Of a stretch of DNA of 64,000 nucleotides, positions 24,491 to 37,816 are shown piece by piece. The notes under the pieces are model-generated. The model was not told the DNA's origin. It did no database searches and saw nothing but the letters and a program-made list of their open reading frames with translations. The DNA is from Cetorhinus maximus. Taxonomy: Eukaryota. The translations under genes were made by a program, and so were the position numbers. The stretch lies in the NCBI RefSeq assembly GCF_964194155.1, contig NC_135881.1:70556001-70620000 (forward strand). Reading direction: 5' to 3'. The stretch's first letter is position 1; every line of letters starts with the position of its first letter.

Positions 24491-26054
24491 TTAATTCTGG
24501 GAGCAAACGAATACACTTTCATACATAGGCCTGCCTGGCAATCAAATCACAAACGCTGGTGCACTTAGTCGTTTGCTTTTACAAGAAAACGATGAGGACG
24601 TCCCAGTTCCACAGGAACTTGTTTTACTGTTAAATTTCTTAGACTCCTCACCAGTATGTGCTCAACAGATCAGAGACTGGACAAATCAGGACCCAGTCCT
24701 ATCTCAAGTATGAGAACAAGTGCTGTATGGTTGGCCGCAAGAGCCTATATCTGACTAAATGAAACCGTACTTCAACAGAAGAGATGAAATAACCAGCCAG
24801 GATGGCATCTTATTGTGGGGAGCACAAGTAATAGCACCTCTAAAGGGAAGGGAGCCACTTTTAATTGAACAACACAGCGCACATCCAGGAATTGCTGGAA
24901 TGAAGACCATAGCATGCAGCTATCTATGGTGGCCTGGGATGGATGGCAAAATAGAGTTTAGTGAAGAATTGTGTGCAATGTCAGCAACTGCATATGTCAC
25001 CTTCAACAGCTCCGTTTCACCCTTGGGAGTGGCCAGGTAGACCCTGGGTGCAGTTACACATTGCCTATGTAGGACCTTTCTTGGGAACAATGTTTCTGCT
25101 CATTGTCAATGCCCATTCAAAATGGTTGCACGTATATGAGGTGAAGTCACCAACATCGGCCGCTGCAATTGAGAAGCTACGTCAAGGTATTGCCATTCAC
25201 AGACTACCAGAGGTAATAGTTTCTGATAACGGCACAGCATTTATGAGTGCTGAGTTTTAACGGTTTATCAGCCTCAACGGTATCACTCATGTGAAAACTG
25301 CACTGTACCACCCTTCCTCAAATGGACTGGCCGAAAGGGTGGTTCAAACATTCAAGGCTGGCATGAAATAGCTAATTGGCGATTCCTTGGCAACCAAGCT
25401 TTCTTTTATATTACTGGACTACCCCTCACAGAACAAGAGGTGTCACACCTGCGGAGTTATTGTTGAAACGCCGTCTCAGGACGAGATTGAGATTATTAAT
25501 GCCGAATTTAGAGGGGAAGGTGGAAAGGGAAGCCAGAAAACTAGACACGGCTGGCATAGCCGTGAGAGGAAATTTATTGTGAGAGAGATGGTATATGTGA
25601 AGAACTTCAGAGAAGGACCAATGTGGTTGCTTGGTGAAATAAGTGCAGTAACTGGACATCTATCTTACCACGTGGAGATGGGAGGCTGGGTCATATGGAA
25701 ACATGTGGACCATTTAAGGGAGAGAGAGACAAACTACCAGATTTGGATCCACCAGTGATCACGACTGGGTTAGAGTTTCCTGTTGAGGATATTCAACCCA
25801 GGACAGACATTCCTGATGTCTGAGTTGAGGATGCAGAACTACAAGTCCCACCAAAGCATCTGATGTTCAGGCAACTCCGGAAAGGGAGGTTCTTTACAGA
25901 GTATCTGGAGTTGTGGAGCTGCGACATTCTACATGCATCAGGAAACCACATAGAAAGACTGAACTTGTAAATTCCTTACCCAGTGTAAATATTATGTTGT
26001 CTTGAAAAATTTGTACTTGTAAATATATGTATATCCAAGTTAAAGGAAGAGGAA

Positions 26055-26282
26055 TGCAGTAATTATGGTTTTATTTAGTGTGTAATGTACCTTTAAGAAA
26101 AATGCATTAACCAATAGGAGAGTAGCGTGGGCTACCTCAGTAGTCAGTAGTATAGAGATAGAGTTGGAGTTGAAAGCATACATATAGTTGCTGCTGAGTA
26201 TATTGTAAATAAACTTAAAGTTTCCAAAAAGTGTCTGTGGATCAATTCTATCAATAGTACAACTCAACCATCACACACAACA
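26055..26282 (+). repeat. 3' LTR (about 28 bp shorter than the 5' LTR)
   Basis: tgcagtaatt...cacaaca directly after the PPT aaaggaagaggaa. Confidence 0.92.
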
Positions 26283-26287
26283 GTTAC

Positions 26288-27650
26288 ATTATTGCTCAGG
26301 GCTCATGAAGCCCTCCTAACACCCTCTTTCTCATATGTCTCCTCCTGAAATAAACTATCATGCACAATCGCTGTTTAGCTTTGAGTCGAAGGCTTCCTAT
26401 TTTACTGGCACAGAAAGCACAAGAAGGACATGTGACATGAGGTTACATTTCAACACAGTGATATGTGACAGCAAAATAACACGAGACAAGTAACAATGAT
26501 AAAGGTTCACCGTGATAGCCCTTATGTGATTATAGTGATTTTGTTGAACCAATTATGAGTGCAGTGTCTTGGCGACCACCCCCACCCACCCTGTTGCCGG
26601 CAGCTGCACTGGAGGCCGGCTGCTGGCCCTGATGCACGCCCCTTTGGTCTGGGTGACTTTGGCAGCCTCCTCTGATTGTCGGTGCCTGTAAGGGCCCCGA
26701 CTGGGCGGGAGAGTCTCGCGCAATGGCAGGGCACTCCTCAGTCATCGCAGTTTCCTCCGATGCAACAATCACTAGCAGAAGGGCAGAGGAGCTGCTGTCA
26801 TCATCAGGAGCATCCTGAGAGGAGGCTCCAGGCGCATGGAGCTGCAGGCCATCCACCAACATGAGGTTTGCTTGTACCTCCCTGCTCCTGGGTTTCTTGA
26901 AGCTCTAATCTCCCCAGCTGCACTGAGCAAATACTGATCCTGGGCTATCTTTTGCCCCAACACCAAGCAGCTCAGAGCTACTAATGGCTCCCGGGGCTTC
27001 TCTGAGCCCCAACCCCCTCAGCAGCATGGAGCTAACGGCAGCACTTCAGCTGTGTGGAGCTGACCTGCCTCTTTGTCTGCCCTTGTGGGCTAACCTTTTG
27101 CGCGTATCCAAGTGCCATGGTCATTGTTTTCCACCACACCACCACGCAGGCACCCACCCCGATCCTGCAGCTGCAGAGGGACGCTGGATTGAGCACATGC
27201 AACCTGTCTCCCCACCGCACTCTGCATTTACTCTGGAACTCCTGGGCATGCCAGGAATTGTAGTCCTCAGCCTCCATCTGGAAAACCCACCGAAACAACC
27301 TGGGATTACAAATTCCCTCACACTGTGTTGTAGTCCAGAGCTATGAATAGTGATGGTTGAGGCTCCAATTTTCTTCCCATCCCATGGCTGACCAGAAATC
27401 TCTCCGATTGTTACCATCTGCCATTGGCGTATGTTGGAAAGGTTGCAGGTTGATCACCAACTTGTTTGGCTGCATTATGAATGCACCTTCTGTGGCCATC
27501 AAAATCCAAAGCTTCTGGCTTCTACAACTTCACTGCTCCCCAAGACCTCGGTACATAATTTAGAGGGTAGCATAAAGGTGGGATCAGCACAAGTATGCTG
27601 CAGCCAGGGTAAGAGACAAGGATAGCTCAGGTGCCAGCTCACCAGAGGGG
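26288..27650 (-). mobile_element. Remainder of the Harbinger element (convergent accessory-gene remnant)
   Basis: GC-rich sequence continuing after the Gypsy TSD, downstream of the transposase; no intact frame. Confidence 0.45.
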
Positions 27651-28086
27651 AAGGTTGCTCGGGTTCCACTGCAGCAGACTCAGATGAGCACTTTAACAGG
27701 GCTGGTTACAGAAGAAGGCTGATGGATATACACACCAAAATGCTTGGTGTATTAACAGACCCGCAAACCTCTCATTGCCACTCTGTCCTTGCTGTATCCT
27801 GTCAGCCAAACAACCCAGACTGCTGCTGCCCATGCCAGTATGGTGCAGTCTGCAGCCAAACCTTGAAGGCCCAGATCTGCTTGAGTCATCCTCCAAGGCC
27901 ATCTGCAGTCTCAACCACTGAAATTCATCAATCATCCACCAGCAACACTGTAGCCCCTGGAGTAACACTGCATAGGAGAACAACGACAGGCAAAGGTACA
28001 TAAGTACTAAGGGAGTGTACAAGGGTAATTGGCTTATGCTAGGATGCAATATGGAATGATTTTATTTATAAATTTGGTTTGGAATG

Positions 28087-28342
28087 TGTTGTAGGGTGGC
28101 CGAGTTGTGCTATTAATGATAGAGTTGATCAGCAGACACTTCTTGGGTGGAAACATTAAGTTTATTTACAATATACTTAGTAGCAACTACATGTGTGCTT
28201 TCAACTCCAACTCTATCTCTACACTGACTCCTGTGGTAGCCCACACTCCTCTCCTATTGGTTACTACAGATCATGTGATCTTTCCTAACATGTATTATTC
28301 TTAAAAGTACATTGCACATTAAATAAAACCATAATTACTACA
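28087..28342 (-). mobile_element. Solo LTR of the same Gypsy family
   Basis: Reverse-complement similarity to 22369-22624; perfect 5-bp TSD gaatg at 28082-28086 and 28343-28347. Confidence 0.92.
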
Positions 28343-28940
28343 GAATGTTTATTTTATGGTGGCTTTTATTTTTGCATTGTGACCAAGCAGGCACTGTGAT
28401 GGTCAGTGACAGAGGGAAGGTAAAGTGTAGGACTTCTGATGAATAGGAAATTAGGATTGTGGTTCATGGTATCACACTCAGATGAGTTCTTCATCAATAG
28501 CTCAGGCAGGAAAGAGCTGTCTAGGTTGCCTCTTACCTTCACTTCCTCCTTTTCCTCATCCTCCTCCTCATACTCCTGTTCCTTAGCAGATCAGTTGATA
28601 GCCTAGTAGAAGCTCTTGATGGTAAGCAGCAAACAGCAGACCACAATGAATCTTGACATCTGGTTTACTGAGCGCTGCAAGGTTCCTTAGGTTCAGTTCA
28701 GGCAGCAGAAACATTGGGCAGAATTTTCCATTAATGAGAGTAAGTATTGTGGCAGGCAGTTTCTGGGGTGCCCATCCCGCTGGCCGGAATGGCGGGAACT
28801 CACACCCGATTCCGCGCTTGGAAGCGCAGATGAGTATCAACCCAAATCACCTGGCGGATTGGGAGCTGATTTGTCCGCCCGCCGTCAGCTGGCGTTGACG
28901 AAGGTCCGGGCGATATATTTAAAAGCCAGTCCAACATATA

Positions 28941-29470
28941 GGGCAGAATTCTCTGCATGCCGGGCAGGTGGGCCCGGCCCAATCTCCGGCGGGCGGGAAG
29001 GGGGTCTTCCCCAAAAGTGAGAGTGCACTCTTTCACGCATACGCACAAAAAAGTGCACATCTCCCTGAGGCTTGGTGCTGCCTCAGGGAGATCGCTGACA
29101 CTTGTAAAAATATTAAGAATAGAAAAAAAAAAATTCCCTAACATGTCCCCCTCATGTGACAATGTCATAATTTACATAATAAGTTTATTAAACTTTTTAA
29201 AACTGTACATGAAAGCTCATCCCGCCGGTGGATGAGGTTTCATGTTTTATCTGTTTGCCGCCGGAGCTCCTGGCCTGCCCACCAACCTTAAGGTTGGACG
29301 GGCAGGTCCTTTAATTGTTTAAATGATCCTGTCAAAGGCCTCAATTAGCCATTGACAGGTCGGCAGGCCCACAGCTGATTTCGCTGTGTCCCCACCTTCC
29401 TGAAAATTTAAATGGGGCAGGATGACGTCGGGGGTTCCGCCCCCTGCTCGCCGACGACAAAATTCTGCCC
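28941..29470 (+). mobile_element. Harbinger-type MITE
   Basis: TIRs gggcagaatt/aattctgccc, 3-bp flanking duplication ata, CpG-rich; nested in an older Harbinger piece starting ~28716. Confidence 0.8.
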
Positions 29471-29844
29471 ATAATCTCGCTCTCTCCAACCCACTGTCTT
29501 CTGGTCATGTGTAGAGATGTCTGGCAGCCTCAAGAAGAAGGCAGCACCCCACTTCACCCACCATGCCCTCCAGGTCTTGATCAGGAGAGTGCAGGTGCAC
29601 AGGCAAGTCCTATCCCAGAGATGGCTGCAGGAAGTGCAGCAGCCTCATGTCTCCAGCCTGGGAGGCCATCGCAGAGCAGGTCATCTTGGCTGGCAACTAT
29701 GTCCAGCAACCACACCCGAAATGCTACTCAGTGCAGGAAGAGGATGGTCTCCTGCTGAGAACCCTTCTCCTTCTCCACCCCCTCCCTCTTCCAGTAGCTT
29801 GTCCTAATCTTCATGTTCTGTGCTCGTTCCCCCGTCACGTTGTG

Positions 29845-30155
29845 TTGGACAGAGCAGATAGGGCGAAATTGTTCCCATTTGCGGAAGGATCGAGAGCCAG
29901 AGGGCACAGATTTAAGATGATCAGCACAGCCAGTGGTTAGGCTTTGGAATGTACTACCTGAGAGTGGTGGAGGGAGACTGAATTGTGGCTTTCAAAAGAG
30001 AATTAGATTATTATCTGAAGAGAGCAAATTTGCAGAGCTACAGAGAAAAGGCAGAGAGTGTGACTAAGTAAGCTGCTCTTGTTGAGCACTGGAACAAACA
30101 TGACCGGCCGAATGGCCTTCTACGCTGCTGCAACACATGCTCTGATTCTATGAAA
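29845..30155 (+). mobile_element. CR1 3' fragment
   Basis: DRAKLFPFAEGSRARGHRFK; tail tctgattctatga. Confidence 0.75.
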
Positions 30156-30184
30156 CATCAGTTCATGCAAACATATGGGAGCAA

Positions 30185-30279
30185 CTGATGAAGAGTCATA
30201 CGGACTCGAAATGTTAACTGTGTTCCTCTCCGCAGATGCTGTCAGACCTGCTGAGTTTTTCCAGCTATTTTTATTTTTG
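30185..30279 (+). mobile_element. 95-bp Penelope-tail insertion with hammerhead core
   Basis: CTGATGA-a-gagtc(atacg)gactc-GAAA, then the PLE tail; direct repeat tgggagcaa at 30176-30184 and 30280-30288. Confidence 0.82.
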
Positions 30280-31997
30280 TGGGAGCAAGTAGTTTGGTGC
30301 AGAAGTCTTGAAGTCAGCAAAAAGCCCTTCAGCATCCACCATACCACTCCCTGCAGACTCTTGCAACATGAAACACCAAATACATGTAGAATCATAGCAA
30401 CAGCCAGAAGAATTTAACCAGAACTTGACCTGTCAGTAGTCAATGATTCCTTCAAATAATGATGGGGAGAGGTCCTTCCTGCTGTTGAACTTGAGTTCGG
30501 CTGTGCAGGGTTAAGAGAGAGAGCGGCTGGTCAATTGAGCTCCAAAATGCTGCTGTTGGTGTCATACACTCTGATCAGCCTCATACCTGCTCTGCATCCT
30601 TCCAGCAGACATTGACTGCACATGCTGACGCCTGCACCATTGTGGTGTCTGACACAATTCACAAGTGTGCGTGTTTCACACACCATTTTGGCATTCTAAG
30701 GGTACCCATAGCATCCAAAAAAGGGCTCTAATAAGCCCATAAGCGTTTTTGATAATACTAATGCCCTTTTGTATCATCAAAATTCTTGATGACAGTACAA
30801 TTCCGACACGGAGTGGAAAAACAGATGGGTGTACTATGTTACACAAATTCTGGAACCAGATTCAAACCCTTAGCACATTGTTTTATAATTCAGCATGTTT
30901 ATTTTAGCAGCAATGACGTATGGGTGCAAAATAAATTAGAATTTCTACTGACATGTTATCTGTCTGCCCTCAGTTAAAGCATACTGTATGATGGGTTTAT
31001 GGCTGTTAATTATACTTTTATCCCAGATTCAAATTTGCACAAAATAAACCAAAAGTTGAGTTAAAATTTTCCCACTGGAATAGCATTTTTGAGCAAAAAT
31101 ATTGTACTGGATTTTACCATCCAGGGATGGGGATGGATCAGCAATTAAAATTTTAAACATCTCAAACCTGACCCCAAACAGCCTCCAATCCACCCACGTC
31201 TGGTTTTAATGAAGGCAGATCAAAGGGCGAGCAGCCAACCTGCTCCCAAGAGGCATGTTGGTAATTTAAATACTTTAATGGGGCTGGCAGTCTCTGCTTT
31301 AACCTGTTTTACAGGTTTCACAGTGGCCAGTCGGGTTTCCTAGACCTCAGGACACCTGACAGCTAAAGGAAGGCAAGGACAGTTTTGGGACATTTACAGC
31401 ACTGCTTGTTGACCAGGGGGAGCAGCAGTGGTGCCCCTGGGCTCCCAAGCTCCATCCCATCAGTACCCGCTTTCATACAAAGACTGGGGATTGAAAGCCC
31501 CCAAAGATTAGACACCTACCTGTCGGAGATCAGACCTACCCACCCGCAGGATTGGATGTTCCCCTCCCCATTACGCCCCACCCCTAGGTCAGGGATTGGA
31601 CACTGTTGGCAATGTTGAAGATCAGGCCTACCTGTCCCTGTGGCCTGCTCTGGAGTCCTCCCTACCTGTCAAACAGGCGGACTTTTGGACTACTGTGGAT
31701 TCCTATCTAAAGGTCTGCCCCAACATATGTAAGCAGTTTTGCATTTTCACTCTATAGAAACAGCAGTTGTTTAAGGAGTTCTTTCATAAGCAATCAGGAA
31801 TTCACGCACATTGGAGAAACATGCCTTCATACATAGGGAACACACAAACCAGCCGATGTACTCCAGAGACAGCAGGTCAGGTCATAATTCCTTGTAAGGG
31901 TAGAAACTCTGATTGGCGTACAACTCATGCTACATTCCTGTTCATCTTAAACTTGTTTTAAATAGGCAGCTGCTCTTGGTTGTAGATTTTTTTTTCT

Positions 31998-32384
31998 TTA
32001 TTCTTTCATGGGACATGGGCATCACTGCTAAGGCCAGCATTTGTTGGCTGCCCCTAATTGCTCTTGAACTGAGTGGCTTGCTAGGCCATTTCAGAGGGCA
32101 GTTAAGAGTCAACCACTTTGCTGTAGGTCTTCAATCACATGTAGGCCAGACCAGGTAAGGATAGATTTCCTTTCCTAAAGGGCATTAGTGAACCCAGATG
32201 GGTTTTTATGGCAATCGATGATAGTTTCATGGTCACCATTACTGGGACTAGCTTTATATTCCAGATTTATTCATTTAATTTACGCCAGCTAATATGGTGG
32301 GGTTTGAATCCCTGTCCCCACAGCATTAGCCTGGGCCCATGGATTACTAGCCCAGTGACATTAAAACTATGCCACCATCTCCCC
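31998..32384 (-). mobile_element. tRNA-derived SINE with Nin-like central domain
   Basis: Minus strand: tRNA head (B box gattcaaacccc), ggttcactaatgccctttaggaaagg...tctggcctacatgtga...gtggttgactcttaactgccctctgaaatggcctagc, then a LINE-like tail. Confidence 0.7.
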
Positions 32385-32549
32385 AATTATTATAATCTCC
32401 CCAGATTAATGGAAGACTAACTCTGGGTGATGTCTGGGACCTGGGGAGCGATTAGGACTGGGTTGTTGCTGGTGGGAGACTGCAAGCCAATTTCAGATTG
32501 CCTGTTGTTGCCTTGCTGAGAACTGACTGATGGCTGGGGACTAGCTGCG

Positions 32550-33895
32550 GGTGGAAAAATGTTAGAAGTCATTATTAAAGATGTTATAGCAGGGCACTTA
32601 GAAAAATTCAAGGTAGTCAGGCAGAGTCAACATGGTTTTGTAAAAGGGAGATCACATTCAACCAATTTATTGGAATTCTTTGAAGGAGTCACATGTGCTG
32701 TAGATAAATGGGAACCGCTGAATGTACTGGTACTTAGATTTCCAGAAGGCATTTAATAAAGTTTCACAACAAAGGTTATTGCAGAAAATAAAAACTCACT
32801 GTGTAGGGGGTAAAAATTGGCATGGATAGAAGATTGGCTAGCTAACAGGAAGCAGAGGGTTGGCATAAATGGATCTTTTTCTGGTTGGCAGGATGTGACG
32901 AGTGGTGTGCCACAGGGATCAGTGCTGGGGCCTCAACTTTTTACAATTTATATAAATAACTTGAATGAAGGGACTGAAGGTATGGTTGCTAAATTTGCTG
33001 ACAACACAAAGATAGGTAGGAAAATAAGTTGTGAAGAGGACGTAAGGAGGCTAAAAAGTGACATTGATGGGTTAAGTGGCAAAGATCTGCAAATGGAGTA
33101 TAATGTGGGCAAATGTGAAATTTTGGCAGGAAGAATAAAAAATAAGCTTATTATTTAAATAGTGAGAGATTGCTCTGAGATTCAGAGGGATCTGGGTGTC
33201 CTAATGCATGAATCACAAAAGATGATACAGCAGGTAATTAGGAAAGCTGATAGAAAGTTATCATTTATTGTGATGGGAATTGATTACAAAAGTAGGGAGG
33301 TTATGCTTCAGATGTACATGGCATTGGTGAGACCACATCTGGAGAATTGTGTACAGTACTGGTCTCCTTATTTAAGGAAAAATGTAAATGCGTTAGAAGC
33401 AGTTCAGAGGAGGTTTACCAGACTAATACCAGGAATGGGTGGGTTGTCTTATGAGGAAAAGCTGGACAGGTTAGGCTTGTATCCGCTGGAATTTAGAAGA
33501 GTAAGAGGTGACTTAATTGAAACCTTTAAGATCCCGAGGAGTCTTGACAGGGTGAAGGTGGAGAGGATGTTTCCCCTTGCGGGAGAATCTAGAACTAGGG
33601 GTCACGGTTTAAAAATAAGGGGTCGCCCATTTAAGTCAGAGATGAGGAGAAATTTTTTCTGTCAGAGGGTTGTGAGTCTTTGGAACTCTCTTCCTCAAAA
33701 GGCATTGGAAGCAGAGCCTTTGAATATTTTTAAGGCAGAGTCAGATAGATTCTTGATTAACAAGGGGGTGAAAGATTATTGGGGGTAGACAGGAATGTGG
33801 GGTTGAGGTTACATTCAGGTCAGCCATGATCTTATTGAATGGGGGAGCAGTTTCGAAGGGCCAAGTGGCCTACTCCTAATTCATATGGTCGTATG
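32550..33895 (+). mobile_element. CR1 LINE RT and 3' tail (disrupted)
   Basis: SQHGFVKGRS, SGVPQGSVLGPQLFTIYIN, KFADNTK, LVRPHLENCVQYWSP, RVRGDLIETFK. Confidence 0.92.
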
Positions 33896-34679
33896 GTGAT
33901 TGAGTAGATTCAGTGGTTGACTGTTGGCAGTGGTTATTTGCCTGCAAACTGGTTTGTTAGTGACTTGTAAAAGGATGGCTTCTCATGACATGCAGCTAAC
34001 CCTGGATGGATGGCTTCTGGTTGTGTCTGCAGATGAGCCCCTGTCTACAGACTACTCATGGTAGCTGGTGTCTGGCTGGCAGACTGCTAGTTGTGGTTGG
34101 GTGGTTTTTTGTGATTATGGTAGCTTGCTATATTGACTCCAGTGTTTGGCTGCTACTGAAGGCTGCTTCTACTGGTGATGGTTAACTGACTGGCTGGCAG
34201 GTGGTGATCGCTGAATGGATCAATTGCTGTCTTGCTCCTACCAGTTGGTTGCTAGTGATGGTTTACTAGCTGTGACCAATAAGTTGGCTGGCCCTCCTGG
34301 TCTATATCGCTCAGTTACTTGCTGGATAAAGTCATTAAGCCATCGGCAGCATGTTTTGAGTATTCTAAATAACATGCTGTGTTTCTGCACATAATTTGTT
34401 AATATGCACATCTTAAAGTATTTCCATAGGGAAAAAAACACCTTACAAAGTGCTGAAAAATGAACAAACTAAAGAACCAAAGATTAACATCTGGGGGAAA
34501 TGTTCCCTGTCTTCCCTTAAAGAAGGAATGTACTGCGCAATCTACAGTATATCCACTTCTAAAATTATCACTACACCACTGATCCTTTTATATGTTTGCA
34601 TCCAGTATTATATCAAAACACCACAGTGACACAATTAAAACAAAGGATGTGTGGAAATCAAACGGGGTTTCATAGCAAT

Positions 34680-35205
34680 CGAGAGGTTTTGAATTCAAAT
34701 CCCGCAGTTGGACGTTGTGAAATTGACTTTATTAAATCTGTCATTTTGACCTTTCAGATAAAATGTTAATCTGAGGCCCAGTCTGACCTTGCAAATGGAT
34801 GTTAAATATCTCATGGCACTGTTCAAAGAAAAGGAGAGTTTGCCTAGTGTCCTAACCAATATTTATTCCTCAACCAAGGTTACTAAAACAGATTATTCAC
34901 GATTGAAGAAGGCTCTGAAGAAGGGTCATACAGACTCGAAACGTTAGCTGTTTCTCTCTGCACAGATACTGTCAGGCATGCTGAGTTTTTCCAGCATTTT
35001 CTGTTTTAATTTCAGATTTCCAGCATCTGCAGTATTATTCATGCTTTTATTCATTGTTGATGTTTGTGGGACCTTGCTGTGATCAAACTGACTGTTGCAT
35101 TTCCTTAGATCACGGCTACTCTTCTGAAGCACTTAACTAGCTATGAAGTTCTTTAGCACCTGTTGAGATCATGAAAGGGGTTATATAAATGCAAGTTCTT
35201 TCTTC
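34680..35205 (+). mobile_element. DeuSINE (SacSINE1/AmnSINE1-like), interrupted
   Basis: gtgtcctaaccaatatttattcctcaacc...tgtttgtgggaccttgctgtg...tatataaatgcaagttctttc matches the Deu-domain/L2-tail pattern as I recall it. Confidence 0.72.
34900..35033 (+). mobile_element. Penelope-tail insertion with complete minimal hammerhead
   Basis: ggct-CTGAAGA-a-gggtc(ataca)gactc-GAAA-cgtt-agct; direct repeat attattca at 34892-34899 and 35034-35041. Confidence 0.75.
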
Positions 35206-35386
35206 CTCGCTCTAATTTGTGGGCGAGCACCAAGAGGGAAGGAATAATACAAGTTGCTAGATTGTTTGAAAGCCCAACTGGGGCAATAATGTTGTTCAGG
35301 GTAGGGAATCTACCATACTCTCCTACATGTCCCTATCCAGTCTAAATGATATTGACTCCAGTCACACATTATGTGAGTAACTGCAA

Positions 35387-36085
35387 GGGCTGAATTTTGA
35401 AGTCATTGGGCAGGCGCGGTGGGCGGGCCCGTGAACAGCCGGGAAAAGGTCCACCACTCGCGATCGGCCCCCCCGACCATGAATTCACGCTGGCTGGCCA
35501 ATTAACGGCTAGCCGGTGTGAGAGGCGCACCAAAACGCGCAGCGCTGCCTGGGTAGGGGTGGGAGGAGGGCAAGCGCAGAAATCTGCGGATGCGCAGGGG
35601 AGCACGTGCTGAAAGCTCCCTGAGGGCACAGAGCTGCCTCAGGGGGCTGAAGAATTGTACAAAGGAAACTAAAGATTTTAAAGATGATATAAACATGTCC
35701 CCACAGGTGACTGAGTCATATGAAGAGGGACACATTTAAAATGATGGTGAGAAATATTTAATGGATTTTTATTTACCATTGGAAATCTCATCCCACCCAT
35801 GAATGAGGATTCATTAAAAATACAAAGGCCGCTTGGCCCATTCGCCCGTCTGCCAACTGAACGGTTGGACGAGCAATGAAAAATACAAATTAATTAATTG
35901 CTTAAGGGTCTTAATAGGCCTCTTAATTGTCAGCAGGTGCACTGCCACCTCTCGCGCGCACCTGCCGACCGAAAGATCGCAAGAGTGCATAATGACATCA
36001 AGACGCTCGCCCCATGTTATCACGTATGATTTTACGCCCGATCGGGTCAGGCACATGCCCGCCCGATGAACGCAAAATGCTGTCC
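35387..36085 (+). mobile_element. Harbinger-type MITE (same group as 28941)
   Basis: TIR-like gggctgaatttt; shared internal ctccctgagg, aacatgtcccc and ctcatccc motifs. Confidence 0.75.
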
Positions 36086-37816
36086 TTAGTTTCCTAGAAT
36101 CACAAAGGGTGGGCATTCAATTCCCGCCCCAGTGTCCATGTGCTCTCTGAAGAAATTTAGTATCAATTGCTGCTGAATTATAGGCTTATGTTATACATAC
36201 TTGTTTACTCCTATCCCCATACCAGCACCCATCCCTTCACAAAGTAATTGCACTGAGCATTCTTTTAGCTATCAGCGAATGAAATATCTTATCCCATTAG
36301 CCTAGACTGCACCAGATCTCAGGTCTGAAGGGTCAATGTTCTATTTCACCAAGCAATATAGTTTCCTTGTTGACTTTTTTGTCATTATTGTTGTTGAACA
36401 CAATGCAGTCTCTAGAATTCTGAAAGCACTATTCCATTCAATTGTATAAATTCCAAATCACAAATAAAAAACTTTTTTAAAAAAGGGCTGCCCAGTAGGG
36501 TCCCCAGACCTACTATCTGTCACTACTTGTTCTCCTTAAGCTGGATAATACAATCTGGGACACACGCTTCTGAATATATCACTGTTGCTTCATCATCAAT
36601 TGATAAGAAATGCCTCTCCAAAACTACAGATCTAACTGTAACTTTTTCCATCCCACCCCTCCTCTGATGTAATCCCACTGTCATGTACGGAGATATTTGG
36701 TGACTTACCAGCTGAGGGGAACTGAAGTCAGATTTCAGCCAAGACAGGATTGAAATTCAGGCATTTCAAATGGAAGTCCAGCTATGACCAGCTGCCTGTG
36801 TTTGTGCAAGAAATTATATGGGGCAGAATTCATTGCAATGATTTAAAATACACTGTAAATTACAGACAATTTGTATTGATCGTGTTTATATAATGAAAGA
36901 AAATATCTTGGCGCAAGGTCGTATGAAATAAATCCATCTTTCTTCACTTAGGGTGAATTGGTCATTAATACAGAGCTCATCCTATCTAGTTTTTTCCAGT
37001 AAGGAACGTCCTGGTATTGCTGTTGTACATGCTAATGCTGACTACTTCATGTCAGAAAAATAGGCTGATTCCCCTAACCGTTAGTGGTGTTTCTGGATTA
37101 GATAGTAGGAGCCTGAGTGCAGTAAATGCTATCTAAAATTGTACAAACTCTTTGGAGATTCAACAGAAATCAAGTAAAATCTATGAGGAATTAACTATCC
37201 TCAAGGCTGAGTTTAGCGTTGGGGATGAAAGTCACTCGTACAGAAACCTCCAATGTTGTTCCACTGATCGGCAGATGAGAGATTGTTTTTCTCCACTGAC
37301 AGAAGATTCATTAGAAAATGAATAATCCTAATGAATATCAAACAGCTGAGACCAGAACCTTGTACAAAATTACACAGGAATACTATTGCATCCAAAAGAG
37401 GTGATACACCTGGGCTTACAGTCAACAAGACATAACAACTTGACATTCTCTATCAAATGACAGATGTTGTCTTGGGTAGCAATTCTCCGTAGGACATTTG
37501 GTCTAGATGGCATTGGTATCAATTATTTTTCCCCACAAGAAAGACATCTTTTATTAGCAGCTCTCCAATAATATTTCAGGTGGTCTTTTTTCCTTCACCT
37601 TTTCTTCAAAGAAAATTCTCAACATTATGTCAATGTGCATTACGAGTCAGATTTTTAGCATCTTAGCAAGTCACAGAAGTTGCTGGCCATAACTTTTTCC
37701 GGTCAGCATTGAGAATCCTGTCTGCCTGTTTGTTGCCATTTGCCAAGTGCTATTTGTATTTTGTAGCTAAATGGTAAGCTAAGAGCGTTTGAACTATATC
37801 CTCCATTTTATTTCCA

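Larger units (their letters stand above)
22369..26282 (+). mobile_element. Gypsy (Mag/SURL-like) LTR retrotransposon, RT-less and decayed
   Basis: Two LTRs; 5-bp TSD gctac/gttac; PBS tggcaatgaggat at 22628-22640; PPT at 26042-26054; gag (CEFG..LNDMLRDRLVCGV), protease (MEVDTG), integrase (HSAHPG..CVQC, SDNG, SNGLAE). Confidence 0.92.
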
